A stretch of 64,000 nucleotides of DNA from Chrysomallon squamiferum (GCA_012295275.1 CM022675.1:10478001-10542000), one strand, 5' to 3'; shown: positions 27,040-41,908, numbered from the stretch's first letter. Notes: generated by a model not told the origin, from the sequence alone. A program made the numbers and translations.

Positions 27040-28070
27040 GATCCCGGTTTTTCACGCAGTTTAATTACGCGCAGCGCTAATTCAATACAAACATACAAAT
27101 GTCGTAATTGATTTGATAGGGATTTTTTTCATGGGTCCCGGGGGATCGCTCGCGCAACAATGGAGTGAACGGCTCGGCGCGGACGACAGACTTCGGTTAC
27201 TGTCGTTTTTCCCCGAGTAACGTTACATCTGGAAAACACGAAAGTGCTCGTACGGGAATATCTGTAATATCCATTTCAGAGATTAAATGCAAATGAGCTT
27301 GATTTATTTGCCATAAAACCTTTATCATTTTAATTTTTTTTTTTCTTTTTTTTTTTTTTTTTTCTTCTTCATCGAATCCGAAATAAAATAAAATGGCGGA
27401 GACCGGGTATGATGTGAACTTGTCGATACCCGCCCGCCCCGCGCGTGCTTTTTTTTGCTGCAGACATGCGCACTAGACGTCGCGGAAAACATCTGGCCGA
27501 AGCGCCACCGACAACGTGGAGCCGGAAAACAAACGAAGCAGACGAAAACGTATGGAGACTTCTCGCGTGCGCTCGCGAACTGCGCGTGGAGGCTGAATTG
27601 AAAAGTACATCGTCCAGGCACCTGTCAATATACTAATTTTATTTTTTATTTTATTTTACGTCTGTTGTTCAAATGGTAATGTAATACTGTAGTTTCGACG
27701 GCTTTCACTTCGACGGCCACGCGATTGCAATATGTTTCCGAGAAGCCTGCACAATGGCGCTTGTCTACAGTGTACAAGGCAACACGTGCGGGCAAGATTA
27801 AAAACACGAGCTCTAATGGCGAAAGTGGAATATAAACGTGACGAAGGCTTTGACTGGCGAGTCTGACTTTCTGAATCGTTCGTGTTGGGTGACAACCCCT
27901 TGATTGGCATACAAAAGACGACAGTCGCAGTTACCGGCAATGACCGCAAATAAACCCAACTTACCGTGAAACGTAGGGATGAATGGTACAAATATCATTA
28001 ATTAGACTGAATGACTGGTGTGAGGTGAATGGTTATGAAAGAGGATGGAAGCACGCACACACACGAGTGT
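27040..28070. promoter_or_regulatory. Intronic CpG-rich island, candidate cis-regulatory module
   Basis: Dense CpG in an AT-rich background. Octamer ATGCAAAT (27287), TGATTTAT (27300), GCCATAAAA, YY1-type AAAATGGCGG (27390) and GC boxes CCCGCCCGCCCC (~27428). Confidence 0.5.
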
Positions 28071-29582
28071 TGCGAAAAAAAAAAAAAATAAAAAAAATAA
28101 ATAAAAGGAAATTATACGCATATCCCTGGTTCACGTAATTAAAAATGCCGAAACAGTTCTGAATTTGAAATTAAAACAGGTTAAAACAGTTGTTTTCAAA
28201 ACATATTTAATTTGATTTGAGGTATAATATCTACTCTCTCTGTTCTACGTTATAAAATATACATTCGAGTGTTTCATGGAAAAACATTATAAAATATCCA
28301 GTTCAGTGTTTATAAATTCATTATCTATTTTATGATGATTTTATCTTAGCTATCTCGCTTCTCTCATTCTCTTTCACTCTTACTATCTTTCTCTCCAAAA
28401 CATAGGAAGAGTTAACAGAGCATATAAATAAACAAATAAATAACAAACAAATAAGTTACTAAGTAAGTACATAAGTAAAAACAAATTTATAAATACATTA
28501 ACATTTTATATTATTACTCAAACTCCTTAAATCTGTTTGCAATTTTAAATGTATTAATATCTTTCATATATAGATCAATGTTGGATACTTTTTATTTATA
28601 TTAATCGAAATGCTTGTACTTTAAATAGGTAATTAGATAAATTTTCTGATTGTCTTAGTATTTATTAATGGTAGTTTTTGGAGATCTCACGTTAAAATAT
28701 AAACACTGTGTTCTGTTATAATTTATACATTCTTAGTATTTATGTCTATTTATTAATCTTATTAATCCCATTGAGATCCAGACAAATACTTATTTAAAGG
28801 ATTGCTGTTTATACTGGATATTTGTAGATGTTAATATTCTATTTTATTTACATGCTAAACACAAATCTTCATAATTTATTTTAACTATTATTGCTTTTAT
28901 TCATTACTTATGAAATCTGTTTGATTAATATCTCAAGTAGGTACATCTCTATATGTAAAACCTGATGGTTTAATTTCTTTATTTGTGAAGGGGAAACCAG
29001 CGAGGTTTTAATATTTTGTATCAGTATTGTTTTTATTTTGTTACGAGCTATGAAAATAAGCCCACAGTAACAAATATAATAACTCGCAGCGATAAAGAAT
29101 TTATTAAACAATTTATCCCACAGGTAAAAAATTTTAATAATAAAAAATATTAACAAAAAACAATTCAAACAAGTGCAAACGACAGCTGATGTGTTGTACA
29201 GTGCACACCAGTGCGCTGTGTAAATGTTTAAATAAACATTTTATTAATCGAACGTCTTTCTGCGAAAAACAAATCATTTTTCATCAGACTCCCCAAAAAC
29301 TCGACAAAACAAATCGTCTTTAATTATTAGTGTCAATTTCAACGAGAGTAAATTTTTTTTTTTTTTTTTTTTTTTCCTTTTTCGTTTTCCATTTTCGGTG
29401 ATGATGATGTTTTTTTTTTTTTTAAATAATTTTTTTTTCTTTTTTTTTCTCTCACAATGACACATCAATAATTATACTCGCAGCCAGCTGATGATAAATG
29501 TTCTCTTGTTTCAAGGCGCATTCGCTAATCTGTACGTTCTCGCTCAGTCGACCACGTGGCGGAGGAAGATAAATGAGCCAGC

Positions 29583-29677
29583 TCGGCAGTTAACGAGTGA
29601 AAGACAGCCGATTGGTTAATATTCTTCGTCTTTTCGGCAGTTAATGACTGAAAGACAACTGATTGGTTAATATTCTT
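29583..29677. repeat. 2 x 51-bp direct repeat
   Basis: TCGGCAGTTAAYGASTGAAAGACARCYGATTGGTTAATATTCTT at 29583 and 29634. Confidence 0.9.
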
Positions 29678-31475
29678 TTTTTTTTTTTTTTTTTTTTTGA
29701 TTGAGGAACGAGCAGTTATTTGTTTTGTGTATTGAGTATGGACATTGTTATAAGCTCGAGAGTTATTAAGATAGCTGAAGCTGGTTTTTTTTTTTTAATT
29801 TTTTTTTAAATATCATGTTTTCTTTCGGAATTGTTTGTTCTTCGTAAATAATCAACAGTCATTTGATATCATACTGACAATTTCATTATTTTTCTTCTAT
29901 ATTTTTCGTATGTAATATTTTGTTTATTTTTAAATATATATATATATTTTCGATAACAATAAATAATACATTTTGATCATATCAAAGCTAATTCGTGGCT
30001 GTTCTGATAACTACCTTAAATGTGTGTAACGCAGTTCAAAACTATTGCTTTGTTCTTTATTAGCTAATGTACTGAGGTGATGCTAACAAATCTTGTGGAA
30101 ATATAATTATATTGTTTATTTCTAATTGTTTTATTCGGTTCTACCAGAAAATACAAAATGAATACTGCAGATTTCCAGTCATGTCGGAAACTACAGAGGA
30201 CAAAAAAAAAAAAAAAAAAAAAAAAATTCAGTTTATACATATAAGAATAGACAGACATGTAACATACCTTTTCATACCCACACATACGCAAACACATGCA
30301 AACGCATACTGACACAGTAGTATCAAACTTACATCAACATGTATATAATATAAGTATTAATTTAGGCATATAAATATCACCTGCAAGGTCCTTCATGGAA
30401 GATTAAATAAATATAGACACTATATTACAGAAATACAAATAAAGGAAAAAAAAGGTGTAAATTTATAGAATACAAACAAAAGAATTAACAAACAAAACCA
30501 CTCTAAACGTCTCTATATTGTCGCAATCGAACCTTTTAAAGCCACAAACACACATACAAAAAAAAAAAAAAAAAAAAAAATAAAAATAAAAACATAAAAT
30601 AAACTAGGTATGTTTGCTCCTTTAGAAAGCAGTGGATCTGTTCTGAAAACGTTGGCTGGGCAGCGAGCGACTGATCAATTTAGCGAATCTGGTCTGACTC
30701 AGTAATTGCAAAGAAATCTGTTTGCTGGGTATTTACAGACTGTCACTTATGATTGATTCGCGCGCAATGGACAACAAGGTAATGCTAGATCTGAGCACGT
30801 GCACGTCGGTGGGGGGGGGGGAAAGCCGAGACGTGTTCGAGAAACAGCACGTGACGCGGCGGAAACGAATCCTTTCTTTGACTTCAGTAAACAAAAGAGT
30901 TCTTCCGCTTGGTCGCGTTTGTGCGTATTACCGCAGTTTGTTCGGACCTCGAATGAATTCATACTGAGGAATATACGCTTACACACACACGCGCACACAC
31001 ATGCACACACAGACAGACAGGCGAACACTAATAATAATAATAATAAAAACACCAAACAGTTTTATCTGGTCAGTAACACTAACTTTAGACATTGGTATAA
31101 AAAAGTAATTGCTAGGGACAACAGACAAAAATTGCTATAGACAGACAAAATACAGGTACATCGTTACAGAATTGAAATAACTATACACAACAGACAGGTA
31201 TAATGGAAGATGCAAACAGTGGTTAGCTGTAGACGACAGACCAAAATAGCTGTAGTAAATCGCCAGAAAACAGCTGTACAGAACAGACGAGAAGTTGTTA
31301 AAGAGAAAATGAGAGAAATGCTTTTGTAACGACTAAGAAAAGCGATAATATCAGAGAGCAGCTATAGAAAACAGCTAAAAAAATAAAATAAAATAAAAAA
31401 GCTCTTCTTTCTATCAGAGAAAGAGCAAGAAAGTAAAATGATTATTAATAGAAGCAGAATCTGAAAATAAACAAA

Positions 31476-31506
<31 letters not shown>

Positions 31507-32233
31507 AATTTAAAAAAATAAAATAAAATAAAATTAACATAAATAAAACAAAACAACAACAACAGCAAAAAACGAGAAGACAGGATGAATGCACATACAA
31601 AACACTGGCAAGCATAAACTTAAAACCCCCTTTACAACACAACCGTCAATGAAACCAAAGCCAGACATTATTCACACCCCAAACAGCAAGTGACGTATTT
31701 CACAATGATTGCTTCTAATAAGAAACGATACACCGGTTTTGCAGGTTGCAGTTACGCGACTCTGCAATAATTAAATCACCCCCCCACCACACACACACCC
31801 ACCCAGACGCCCCGCCCCGCCCCGCATACCCCTCGCTGTTTCTGTCGCTGTCTGTAACATTAACCGGCTTTCACAAGGCTCCCTTTTGTCTTCACATTTA
31901 CATGTGTCCTGATGCCGTTGTGACTTGTTGACGTTGCCCACCACCTGTCCTCCCACGTTCCCGTCGTGTCAGTCTGGATGTCCCCGTGTAGCGCTGACGT
32001 TGACGGATCACCCAACATGGTTGGGAAATGAAGCGTGACGCGGGAGATGAGCCGACGTGTACGCGAAGCTCACGCAGAGGAACATTCCGATGGGTTTACG
32101 AGTTTACGTCTGGTCGTAACGTGTCGTGTCGTGTCGTGTCGTATGTGTACGTACACACAGCTCAACACGAAAGACACAGTTATATATGTTAGGAGAAATT
32201 TTGTGTTCGACCTGTTTGATACAGAGTGTGTGC

Positions 32234-32267
<34 letters not shown>

Positions 32268-32269
32268 TA

Positions 32270-32302
32270 TACATAGATAGATAGACAGAGAGAGAGATAG
32301 AC

Positions 32303-32375
<73 letters not shown>

Positions 32376-32404
32376 GCGAGCGAGAGATAGATACATAGAT
32401 AGAT

Positions 32405-32469
<65 letters not shown>

Positions 32470-32500
32470 GCGAGCGAAAGATAGATACATAGATAGATAG

Positions 32501-32590
<90 letters not shown>
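32270..32590. repeat. Compound (GA)n/(GATA)n microsatellite with a duplicated interruption
   Basis: GGAAGCGAGCGARAGATAGATACATAGATAGATAGAGACA occurs twice between (GA)n runs. Confidence 0.9.
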
Positions 32591-32593
<3 letters not shown>

Positions 32594-32926
32594 GAGGATA
32601 TACTATTAGTAATAAAATGATGATGGTAACCATCATGAAGTCGATGATAATATACAGCAAGTAATAATAATGATGATGATAAAATAATAATAATAATAAT
32701 AGTTATAACATTAGTAGCAGTAGCAACAGTAGTAGAAGTATAGTTTATTGCAATATTAGAAGTAGACGTAGTAATAACAACAGCAGCAGCAACAACAATA
32801 ATAAACATTTTCTTCATACAGATACATATTTAAACTCACTTTTAAAATCTTTCACCAAAAAAACATTAAACTCTCCATACAAGAAAATAACAAATAAATA
32901 TATAAATAAATACATAAATAAATACA

Positions 32927-32957
<31 letters not shown>

Positions 32958-33436
32958 GAATAAAAATAAACACTCTTCTACTTACAAAATATGAAAAACT
33001 GAAAAAAGCGGTTCAGGCTGCTTGCGGTTCTTTCAGATACTTGTTAGAGAGCACGTGAGCAGTTTTATGTTCTTCCCAGATGTTTGTGCAAAATAACAAG
33101 CGACATGTTTATTGCAAGACAGGACTATCTTCATGTTATTTGGGTAAAACTAATCAAAACTTGACAAACGAATGCTGAAGTTTCTAAATTATGACCTCAA
33201 GTGGAATTTGGATAACATTCTTTTTTTGTTTAAAAAGAAATGAAGAAGAAAACGCACATATGTGTGAGTATTTTTTTTTTTTTTTTTTTTTTTTTGATAC
33301 GCCAACGGTTATGTTAACAACTACAGGAGCAACGGCTGGGATTTGTGTCTGTGTATGTGTATGACTGACTATATATATATGTATTTATGATTGTATGTTT
33401 ATATATATATATATATGAATATTTGTATATATATTC

Positions 33437-33479
<43 letters not shown>

Positions 33480-33751
33480 ATATAGATATGGATGTTTGTA
33501 GATAGATGTTTGTTTGTATATATACATATTTGTATGTTTGTGTGTATGCATGTATATATATATGTGTGAACGTGCATTTATGTATGTGTACATGTGTATA
33601 ATCTGTTAAGTATATAATCTATGTATGTGTATGAATGAATATAATTATATATAAATGCATACACATAATATGTTTGTACCTATATGCCAGCCAATTATGC
33701 ATTAGTATATATATATATATACACACAAACCCACACGTACACAGACACAGA

Positions 33752-33803
<52 letters not shown>

Positions 33804-33968
33804 ACTCCAGTGAACGCCAAACAAGTGGAAAGCATTAAGAATCTCCATCAGCAGTTCTCTAAGTACAACGAACTCTCTCCGCAAAAATCCATTCATTCAC
33901 GTTCCAGGACATAAACTTTTTACTGCAGTGTTATCTTCAGTGTGATGGGTATCTTTCAACACGAGAAG

Positions 33969-34029
<61 letters not shown>

Positions 34030-34419
34030 AAGAGAAGAAAAAAGAAGAACGAAGAGGGAAAATAAAATTGGCTCAGTCGCGAACATTCCTCGCTGAGATA
34101 TTTCTATTAACAAAATAAACTGGTTGTTTCTATTTGTATCGGGCTCCTCAATCTTAGTTTTCCGTCAAACTGGAAGGTTTTTTTTTTTTTTTTTTGAATC
34201 GTCCAAAGCCGAGCGTGGTTAGTTCTTTTGTTTTCACTAGTCATCAATCATAAAGGTTGTATGTGTATGTGTTTGTGTGTGTAGAGAGAGAGAGAGAGAG
34301 GAGTAAATCACTCTCTGGTATACAGACCAACAATGGACTGAGTATGTTTATGTAGAATGAATTTGTTCGGGTTGAAGGATGGAGGGAAGAAAGGAGAGAG
34401 AGGGAGGGAGGGAGGGAGG

Positions 34420-34490
<71 letters not shown>

Positions 34491-35551
34491 AGGGCAAGAA
34501 CAAGTTAAGTTAAGATAGATAGATAGATTAGATAGAGAAACAAATGAAATAAATGTACTGAATTTCTGTTTCTTACTGTTCTGAATTCTGGTAACAAATA
34601 TGGCAATCAGATCTTTTGTTAAGAAATGGTCAAATAATAATTAAAATTTTAAAAACTATCGGTTTCCTAATTTGTCCTTTTATAAGTCTCCGGTAACGAA
34701 GGCAACAAATGGCTTGCTTACTTTATTTTCAGTATAATTTAACAAAGACAGTTTTACTGAAGTCACGAAAACAAGAAAAGGCCAGTCTTTACACTTCACA
34801 CTTCTCTTAAATATTACCATCACACACTTTATTATTAGCCCAAAAAAAAAAAAAACGTTGGTATCCGTTCACAAAACACAAAACAGTAACTCCAATGTTC
34901 TTTTCACACATAAATAATAGTTATCCTGAAATAACATGAATGACTTTTCAAAGCTTTTCAGTGTTCGCGTATTCTATGACAATACAACAACGGAGTGTTC
35001 GAGTTTATTATTTTTTTTTTTTATTGTTTTTTTTTTTTTTGTCGCGGTATCACACAGTTAATATACAGACATCTCCACGGTTAGATAGGCTTCGTTCGTA
35101 ACAAATCCGGCTTCCGTATTACTAGACCCATTCATCACTCTGGAACGGGAGAGTGCTAAAAACCAAACATAAACCACTCACATTATTATTAACGCATTTG
35201 TCTCTGATGTATTAGGTGGCGGGGAAATGTCTCGCTCGGGTCGTTAATTTTGCTAATAACACATGTAAATATGCAATTCACTTGCATACTGTATTTATCT
35301 CGGTGATTTTCGCAGCAGTCAAGAATATTGCAGCCAATGGTTTTTAACGCTGAGATTTTAAAAAAATTTTTTTTTGGGGGAGGGTGGATTGTGGGGAGAA
35401 AAGAGTGTAAAGAATTACTTTTTTTGTTGTTGTTACGAATGAATTCAGTTTGATAAATAGCAGCAATTCAGTAACATCTATTAGAGCTACGTACTGACAC
35501 ACGTATCGATACATTCACAGTGTTTTATATGCATTGCATATTTTAACAGTG

Positions 35552-35613
<62 letters not shown>

Positions 35614-35697
35614 TATAGAATGATTAATAACGAAAGATAAAGTACGTAAAATTTGGTAAAATGGTCTGTTTTGGTGCTTTTTTTTGACATATACATA

Positions 35698-35739
<42 letters not shown>

Positions 35740-35782
35740 TAAGATAGATATATAGACGGACAGACAAACAGGATATGTGTAG

Positions 35783-35821
<39 letters not shown>

Positions 35822-35921
35822 TTTATATATATATTTCGGATACATATACTTAATATATCAAAGATATTACTGTAGACAAAATAATAAATAAATATACAGT
35901 TTACTCATTCTCAGTGTCTTA

Positions 35922-35980
<59 letters not shown>

Positions 35981-37262
35981 GGTTTTTTTTCTTTCTTTTC
36001 AAGCTTTCCACGCTTAAAAACCTAACTAATTACTGTCCTCTTTATTTCGCATGCAGAACTTACATTTACATAAACTGTCAGCGACTTGAAACAGAACCGA
36101 AACATGTAAATGAACGTGGGTTGTATATTTCACTGCCACGTTGCTGAAACTAACATTTTTTTTTTTTTTTTTTTTTTTTTTTTCGCGCGCATGAAATACG
36201 TTTTGCGTTTTCACTTGCTTACATTTCTGTGTCGGATCTTGTTGATTCGTCTTCTAGAAATCGCAAATGAAAAATGAAGTTGATTGTGGATAAGCAAGAA
36301 CCGTGACGTTGTTTCCACAGACAGTGAAACCGGACGCGTCCGGTTTGTCGGGAATTATTAAAGTTCGGGGATGTTTGTTTTAACTAGTCAAATAGATTAC
36401 TTGTTAACCGAGCCTCGTTTTGTAAAACGACAAGTGAGGAAGTGACGTATAGCAATTAAAAAAAAAAAAAAAAAAAAAAAAATGTTACTGTAAGAAGATA
36501 AATAGAAAGAAAATGAAAAGTTTCAAAACAAAAAATAAACAAAGAAAATGAGAAAATGAAAAAAGCGGAGAAAAATCAACATAGAGAAACATAATTAAAT
36601 ATATATATATATATATACACACACACAAACATACAGAAAAACGAAAAGAAAGAAGAAAAAACTCCAAAAACAACAACAAACAAAAACAAAAGAGACAAAA
36701 AAAAATTAAAATATTCAGAAACACCTTTATCAGAAAAGTAATATATATAAAAACCTAAGCCGTCCCGATTACTGTTTTAATTTTAATTAACACCTTTACA
36801 TTTATTTATTTATTTATTACTTATTTAACGTGAAATATGTCCTTTATTCTGAGATCTGACTAAAATTCATATATCAGTTAATTAATTTATTCATTAATTT
36901 ATTTTAAAAAAAACAAAAAAAACAATAAAAATTACACCGTACATGCTTAATTAAACATTTAAATCAAGTTTTTTTTTGTTTTTGTTTTTATAAAGTTACG
37001 TAAATAGAGTTTATTACATTTCCGAAAAGTAAATTTTATATGAAATAAAATTATATTAAAACATAAATTTATGTGAAAAAAAAAAAATATAGGCATAAAA
37101 TAATTAATAAACAATTAAAATAATAATAAAAAAATTGTATAATGATCTGAAATGTTTTTATTTTGTAAACGACAACAGTTAAGAACGTTAATTAAAACTG
37201 TATTTGTTTAATAACGCAAGACAAATATTATAATAAAATTAATAAAGATGATGATAATAATG

Positions 37263-37293
<31 letters not shown>

Positions 37294-37911
37294 AAACAAT
37301 AATAATAATAATAGGCATGATAATGATAATTACAATACTAACAACAATAAATAAATATATAAATATAAAAATAAATAGAAATAAAATTAAAATAATAAAT
37401 AAATGAAGATAAATAAATAAATAAATAAATAAATAAAATAACACAAAATAAGTAAAATAATAAAAAAAGTAAAAAGAAAAAGTAAAAAATAAATAAAATA
37501 AAATGAATTAAAACAAATAAACAAAACAAAACAAAACAAACAAAAACAAACAAACGAACAAACAAAACAAACACAAACTCCATTTAAACAAAAAAAGATA
37601 CCTCATTTTTTTTCTAAAAAAAGTGGGAAACAAAACTAACAGTGTCCAAACTCTAACAGAAAAAAATATCAATTTCGTTCGCCACGGACGCATCATCTAA
37701 TAAGCACAGATTTCATAAGTTCATTGATCAATGTCTTCTTCCTGACAGTACTATTCCCCGAACCAACGATGTCATATCGTCACTTTCTCATGCAGAAAGT
37801 CTAGAAATTGAAATCTGAACTCTAGAGGAACAGAAAAAGGATTCTGCTGATGATATCCGATGTCGGTCATCATTCAAGTGCTTAATAATAAAAATGGATT
37901 AAAACGGGACA

Positions 37912-37959
<48 letters not shown>

Positions 37960-38452
37960 GATGTTTGTGGAAAAAAATAAAAAAATATAATATCTGTTTT
38001 AGGTGAAGTTGTGTAATAAAAAGAGATAGGTTGGAATTTGAAAGGTTTTTTTTTTACGGGAAGAGAATACAGTGTTTTTTTTTTTTTTTATCTGTGTGTA
38101 AAATATGGTACATCATGAACTCAAAAACGCCTTCACGCACAAACAAACAAACAGACATAATATGATAATTATTAAATTATCTTTGTAATATATCCATTCA
38201 TTTAAAATTTAAAAAAAAAAAGAAAAGAAAACAAAGAAAAGAAAAGAGAAAGAAATTAGCAAACAAATTAACAAAAAAACAAGGTGGAATTATATCACAC
38301 AAAACACACATATATATATATATATAAATAAATAAATAAATAAATAAATAAGTATGTATTTAACTAAGTAAGTAAATAAATAAGTAAATAAATAAATAAA
38401 TAAATAGAAATTATATTGTTAGAATGAAACAAAAAAATTTCTTTAAATAAAA

Positions 38453-38495
<43 letters not shown>

Positions 38496-39699
38496 TAAAT
38501 CATCGTTACCGCTACAATTACTCCATTTCCTTTCATTTCTGCTTTTTCTTTTGTGAGTTACACTTCAATTAACACAAAAGTATTATTAACAACCAGAGCA
38601 TGAAAAAAAAAAAAAAAAAAAAAAACATTACAATCTCCATTTCCCAAAGAACCGAAGAACAATACGTTTTCTTCAAGACTATTATCCTTAATGAAATATT
38701 TATCAGGCTTTTCCAGCCGCCCAGAAATGTGGGGCCCATAATTAGGCCTCAAATGCCTTGTCACCATCGGTGAATGAAACCGTTTTGTCGTTCGGTTACT
38801 CCTCAAAAGAATATTTAAAACACATTCAGCGATAAAAAACGGTTCATTAAATAGAGGAAAATCAAAAGGAAAACTGACAACAATGGTAATTTAATTAACC
38901 CTTTAGGAATTAAGAATAGCAGGGATATAATTGCGCCCCAAGAATGGAGTTTAGTAATCCCCCTTTTTTTTTTAGAAAAATAATCGTGGTGTTTTGGGTG
39001 TTGTTTTTTTGTTTTTGTTTTTTGTTAAAGATGTTGTTATAATATTATGTAAGAAAGGAATTTGTTTATTTTATTTATTTTAATCTGCTTGGCGTGAAGT
39101 ACTGAAAACAAACTGAAAGTGAGAATAAATAATCTATGTATGTATATCTATATATCTGTATATATCTTTAAGTATATAATTATGTATCTATACACCAACA
39201 CGTGCACACACAAATATATATATATATGAACAATTACTCATATAAAGGTTAATAAAATGTATAATAAATCATTTATTATTATAATTATAATTTGCAGAGA
39301 AGATTTAGATCAAAAATAACTATTATGTTATAATTTAATACATTTTATATAATATATAATAAATATAACATTCATTATACTGAAATGTTCGAGTTACGCA
39401 GTATTCAAGTAATGAATATATATCGCCAGAAATGTACTAGTTAAACAAGACAAGAAGTAAAAATACTTCAACACACACGAGCTTCAGAGATAAGCAACTT
39501 TGGCTGAAGCTAATTTATATTTAGAATATTATTTTAGAAACTTTAATATTCACTTTTATCTAGATCAAATCAAATACTTGGTACATTTCTGCATTTTTTT
39601 TTCAGATACTTATAATTTTTTGTATAATTCATTCATGATATTAATATTTCGATTCTTCTTCTAAAACACACATTCAAATAAGATTCGTTATTTAAATTT

Positions 39700-39785
<86 letters not shown>

Positions 39786-39909
39786 TGTAGAATGCATATA
39801 CTTCCTCACATAATATACTTCCTCACTCAATACGATTTGGATAAAATTTACAAAGATAAAATTAGATTAAAAAAATAAAAATAAAATAAAAATAAAAAAT
39901 AAGTGCACG

Positions 39910-40300
39910 ATCTAACGAACACTCGTTTGTTTTCTTGGAGGCCAAGGGCGGGGTCGAACACGATTATTCGTGGCGGCAGACGTCAGCTCGTGTACAGCTG
40001 CGCGAGAATAACGTGACAGGCGAGATCTCGCAGCCTGGCAGACGTGAACGGGAAAACGTAACACGAGCCTCGCGAGACGTGGTTGCGTTACGTCGCAGAC
40101 GTGGTTGTCCGGCGTGGACGTGCACGGAGACGTCTGTCGCCGCTCGCTCCCTGAAGTCCTGTCAGGTTTCAGCCGAGATGCGCCGAGCAGCTCTGCGCAG
40201 GTGTGCACGAGGACTTTCCCGCGCGACTAACAATTCTTTACTTTGTCTCTCGAGAGGCGCTCGTTTCCTGCACGCCCCACCTGACGTAGTGGATGCTATT
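39910..40300. promoter_or_regulatory. Intronic CpG island rich in ACGT cores
   Basis: GC-rich block with about 10 ACGT cores, flanked by AT-rich simple repeats. Confidence 0.45.
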
Positions 40301-40333
40301 TTTAGAAAAACTGAGCACATTTTTATTTTTTTT

Positions 40334-40381
<48 letters not shown>

Positions 40382-40999
40382 TAAATTGTTTTTCCAAAAA
40401 AAGTTTTATGGATATTAAAAATAACAAGAAAAAAGAATATGTAAAGATTTAGGCACGTCAGGTACACATTTATCAGTAATTTATATTTCAGTCAGTCGTT
40501 TTAAACATAAAGTCATATCACTAAACGAACGCTCACACATTTTAACCGAAACTGTTTTTTTTATTTATTTATTTATTTTTTTTATTTAGAAATTATTTTT
40601 CGAAATTCAGCATATTTTAAAAATTATCTAGAATTTAAAAGACGCCTATTTCTATCCAGATTTCAGAAAAAAAAAAAAAAATCAAACAACAAATAAATAA
40701 TAAATAAAAAAAAAAAAAAAAAAAATAAAAGAAATAAAAAATAAAAATCAAACTCATTAAGTAAAATTGTGTTTGTAGTACAAACCAAAAATGTTATTTA
40801 TTTCTTTCTTTCTTTGTTTATTTGATATGCAAACAGACATAGAATGTATTTCAAACGTTACTAAATTAACATGTTCTTTGTTCAAGCTTTCCGCCCATTC
40901 TGTCTGTCTGTCTGTCTGTCTGCTTGTGTTTTATTTCCTTCTAATGCAAATATTTAATTATCTCTCATAATATTTTTATTTTCAAATTTATGGTATTCT

Positions 41000-41152
41000 A
41001 AATATGTAGATTTCATTATAATATATGTAAATTTCCTTCTTAACCATGTAAATTTCATTTTTAGGCATATACATTTCATTCATAAAATATGTAAATTTCT
41101 TTTTTTTTTTACATATGTAAATTTCATTCATAAACATAAAACATTTCATTCT
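41000..41152. repeat. Degenerate ~21-bp array (~7 units, core ATGTAAATTTC)
   Basis: Repeated ATATGTAAATTTCATT variants. Confidence 0.65.
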
Positions 41153-41341
41153 TTTTTTTATTTTTTTTATTATTAATTTTTTTTTTTAAAGATATAAATA
41201 TACTCTCAAGATATAAAAATAACCTAACACTATCGTGGCAATCATGTGAAAACAAACGTTAAAGAAAGAAAATGTTGAATAATCACTGTATCAAACCATC
41301 TTCCCACAGCTTGTAATATACATACATACATATACATATAC

Positions 41342-41372
<31 letters not shown>

Positions 41373-41841
41373 TTATATGGGCAAATATATACGGTCACTG
41401 CGTTCGTTTAAGGAAAGCGACATGTATTTTGAAAACTACATGAATCAAAGACGAGTTAAGGTTGAGGAAATGTACATAAAAAAAAAAAAAAATAAAAAAA
41501 AAAAAAAAAAAAATAAAAAAATAAAAAATGACTTAATTCCCAAGGCATTTCGTGTTTCGCTCGCCTGTCTCTCTCCTCTCGACAATCTTTGATCATAATT
41601 CTTAATGCCTATGTGATTCATACATTAGGCCTCAGGCTTTTGATCATTTCGCCGGATTTCTTTTGATGTTTTAAACCAATAACTCGAAATACTGCTTTTG
41701 TGCACAAAACTGAGGGTTTTTTCTTCTTTTTTTATAAAAATAAAAAAATAAAAAAAATAAAAAAGTAAAAATTTAAAATGGAGTACCTCAAGCACATATA
41801 ACAAAATTCGTGACTTAATATCTGTACGCTGTCAGTGGCGG

Positions 41842-41908
41842 CACTGGAGGGGGGGTTCACGTGACACTGGAGGGGGGGTTCACGCGACACTGGAGGGGGG
41901 TTCACGCG
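41842..41908. repeat. 3 x 23-bp GC-rich tandem repeat
   Basis: CACTGGAGGGGGGGTTCACGYGA at 41842, 41865 and 41888 (the last copy is one G shorter). Confidence 0.95.

Noticed and set aside
39912-40384. Arg-rich ORFs on both strands of the CpG island
   Set aside because: No recognisable domain, no ATG start on the plus-strand ORF, and it runs into simple repeats.
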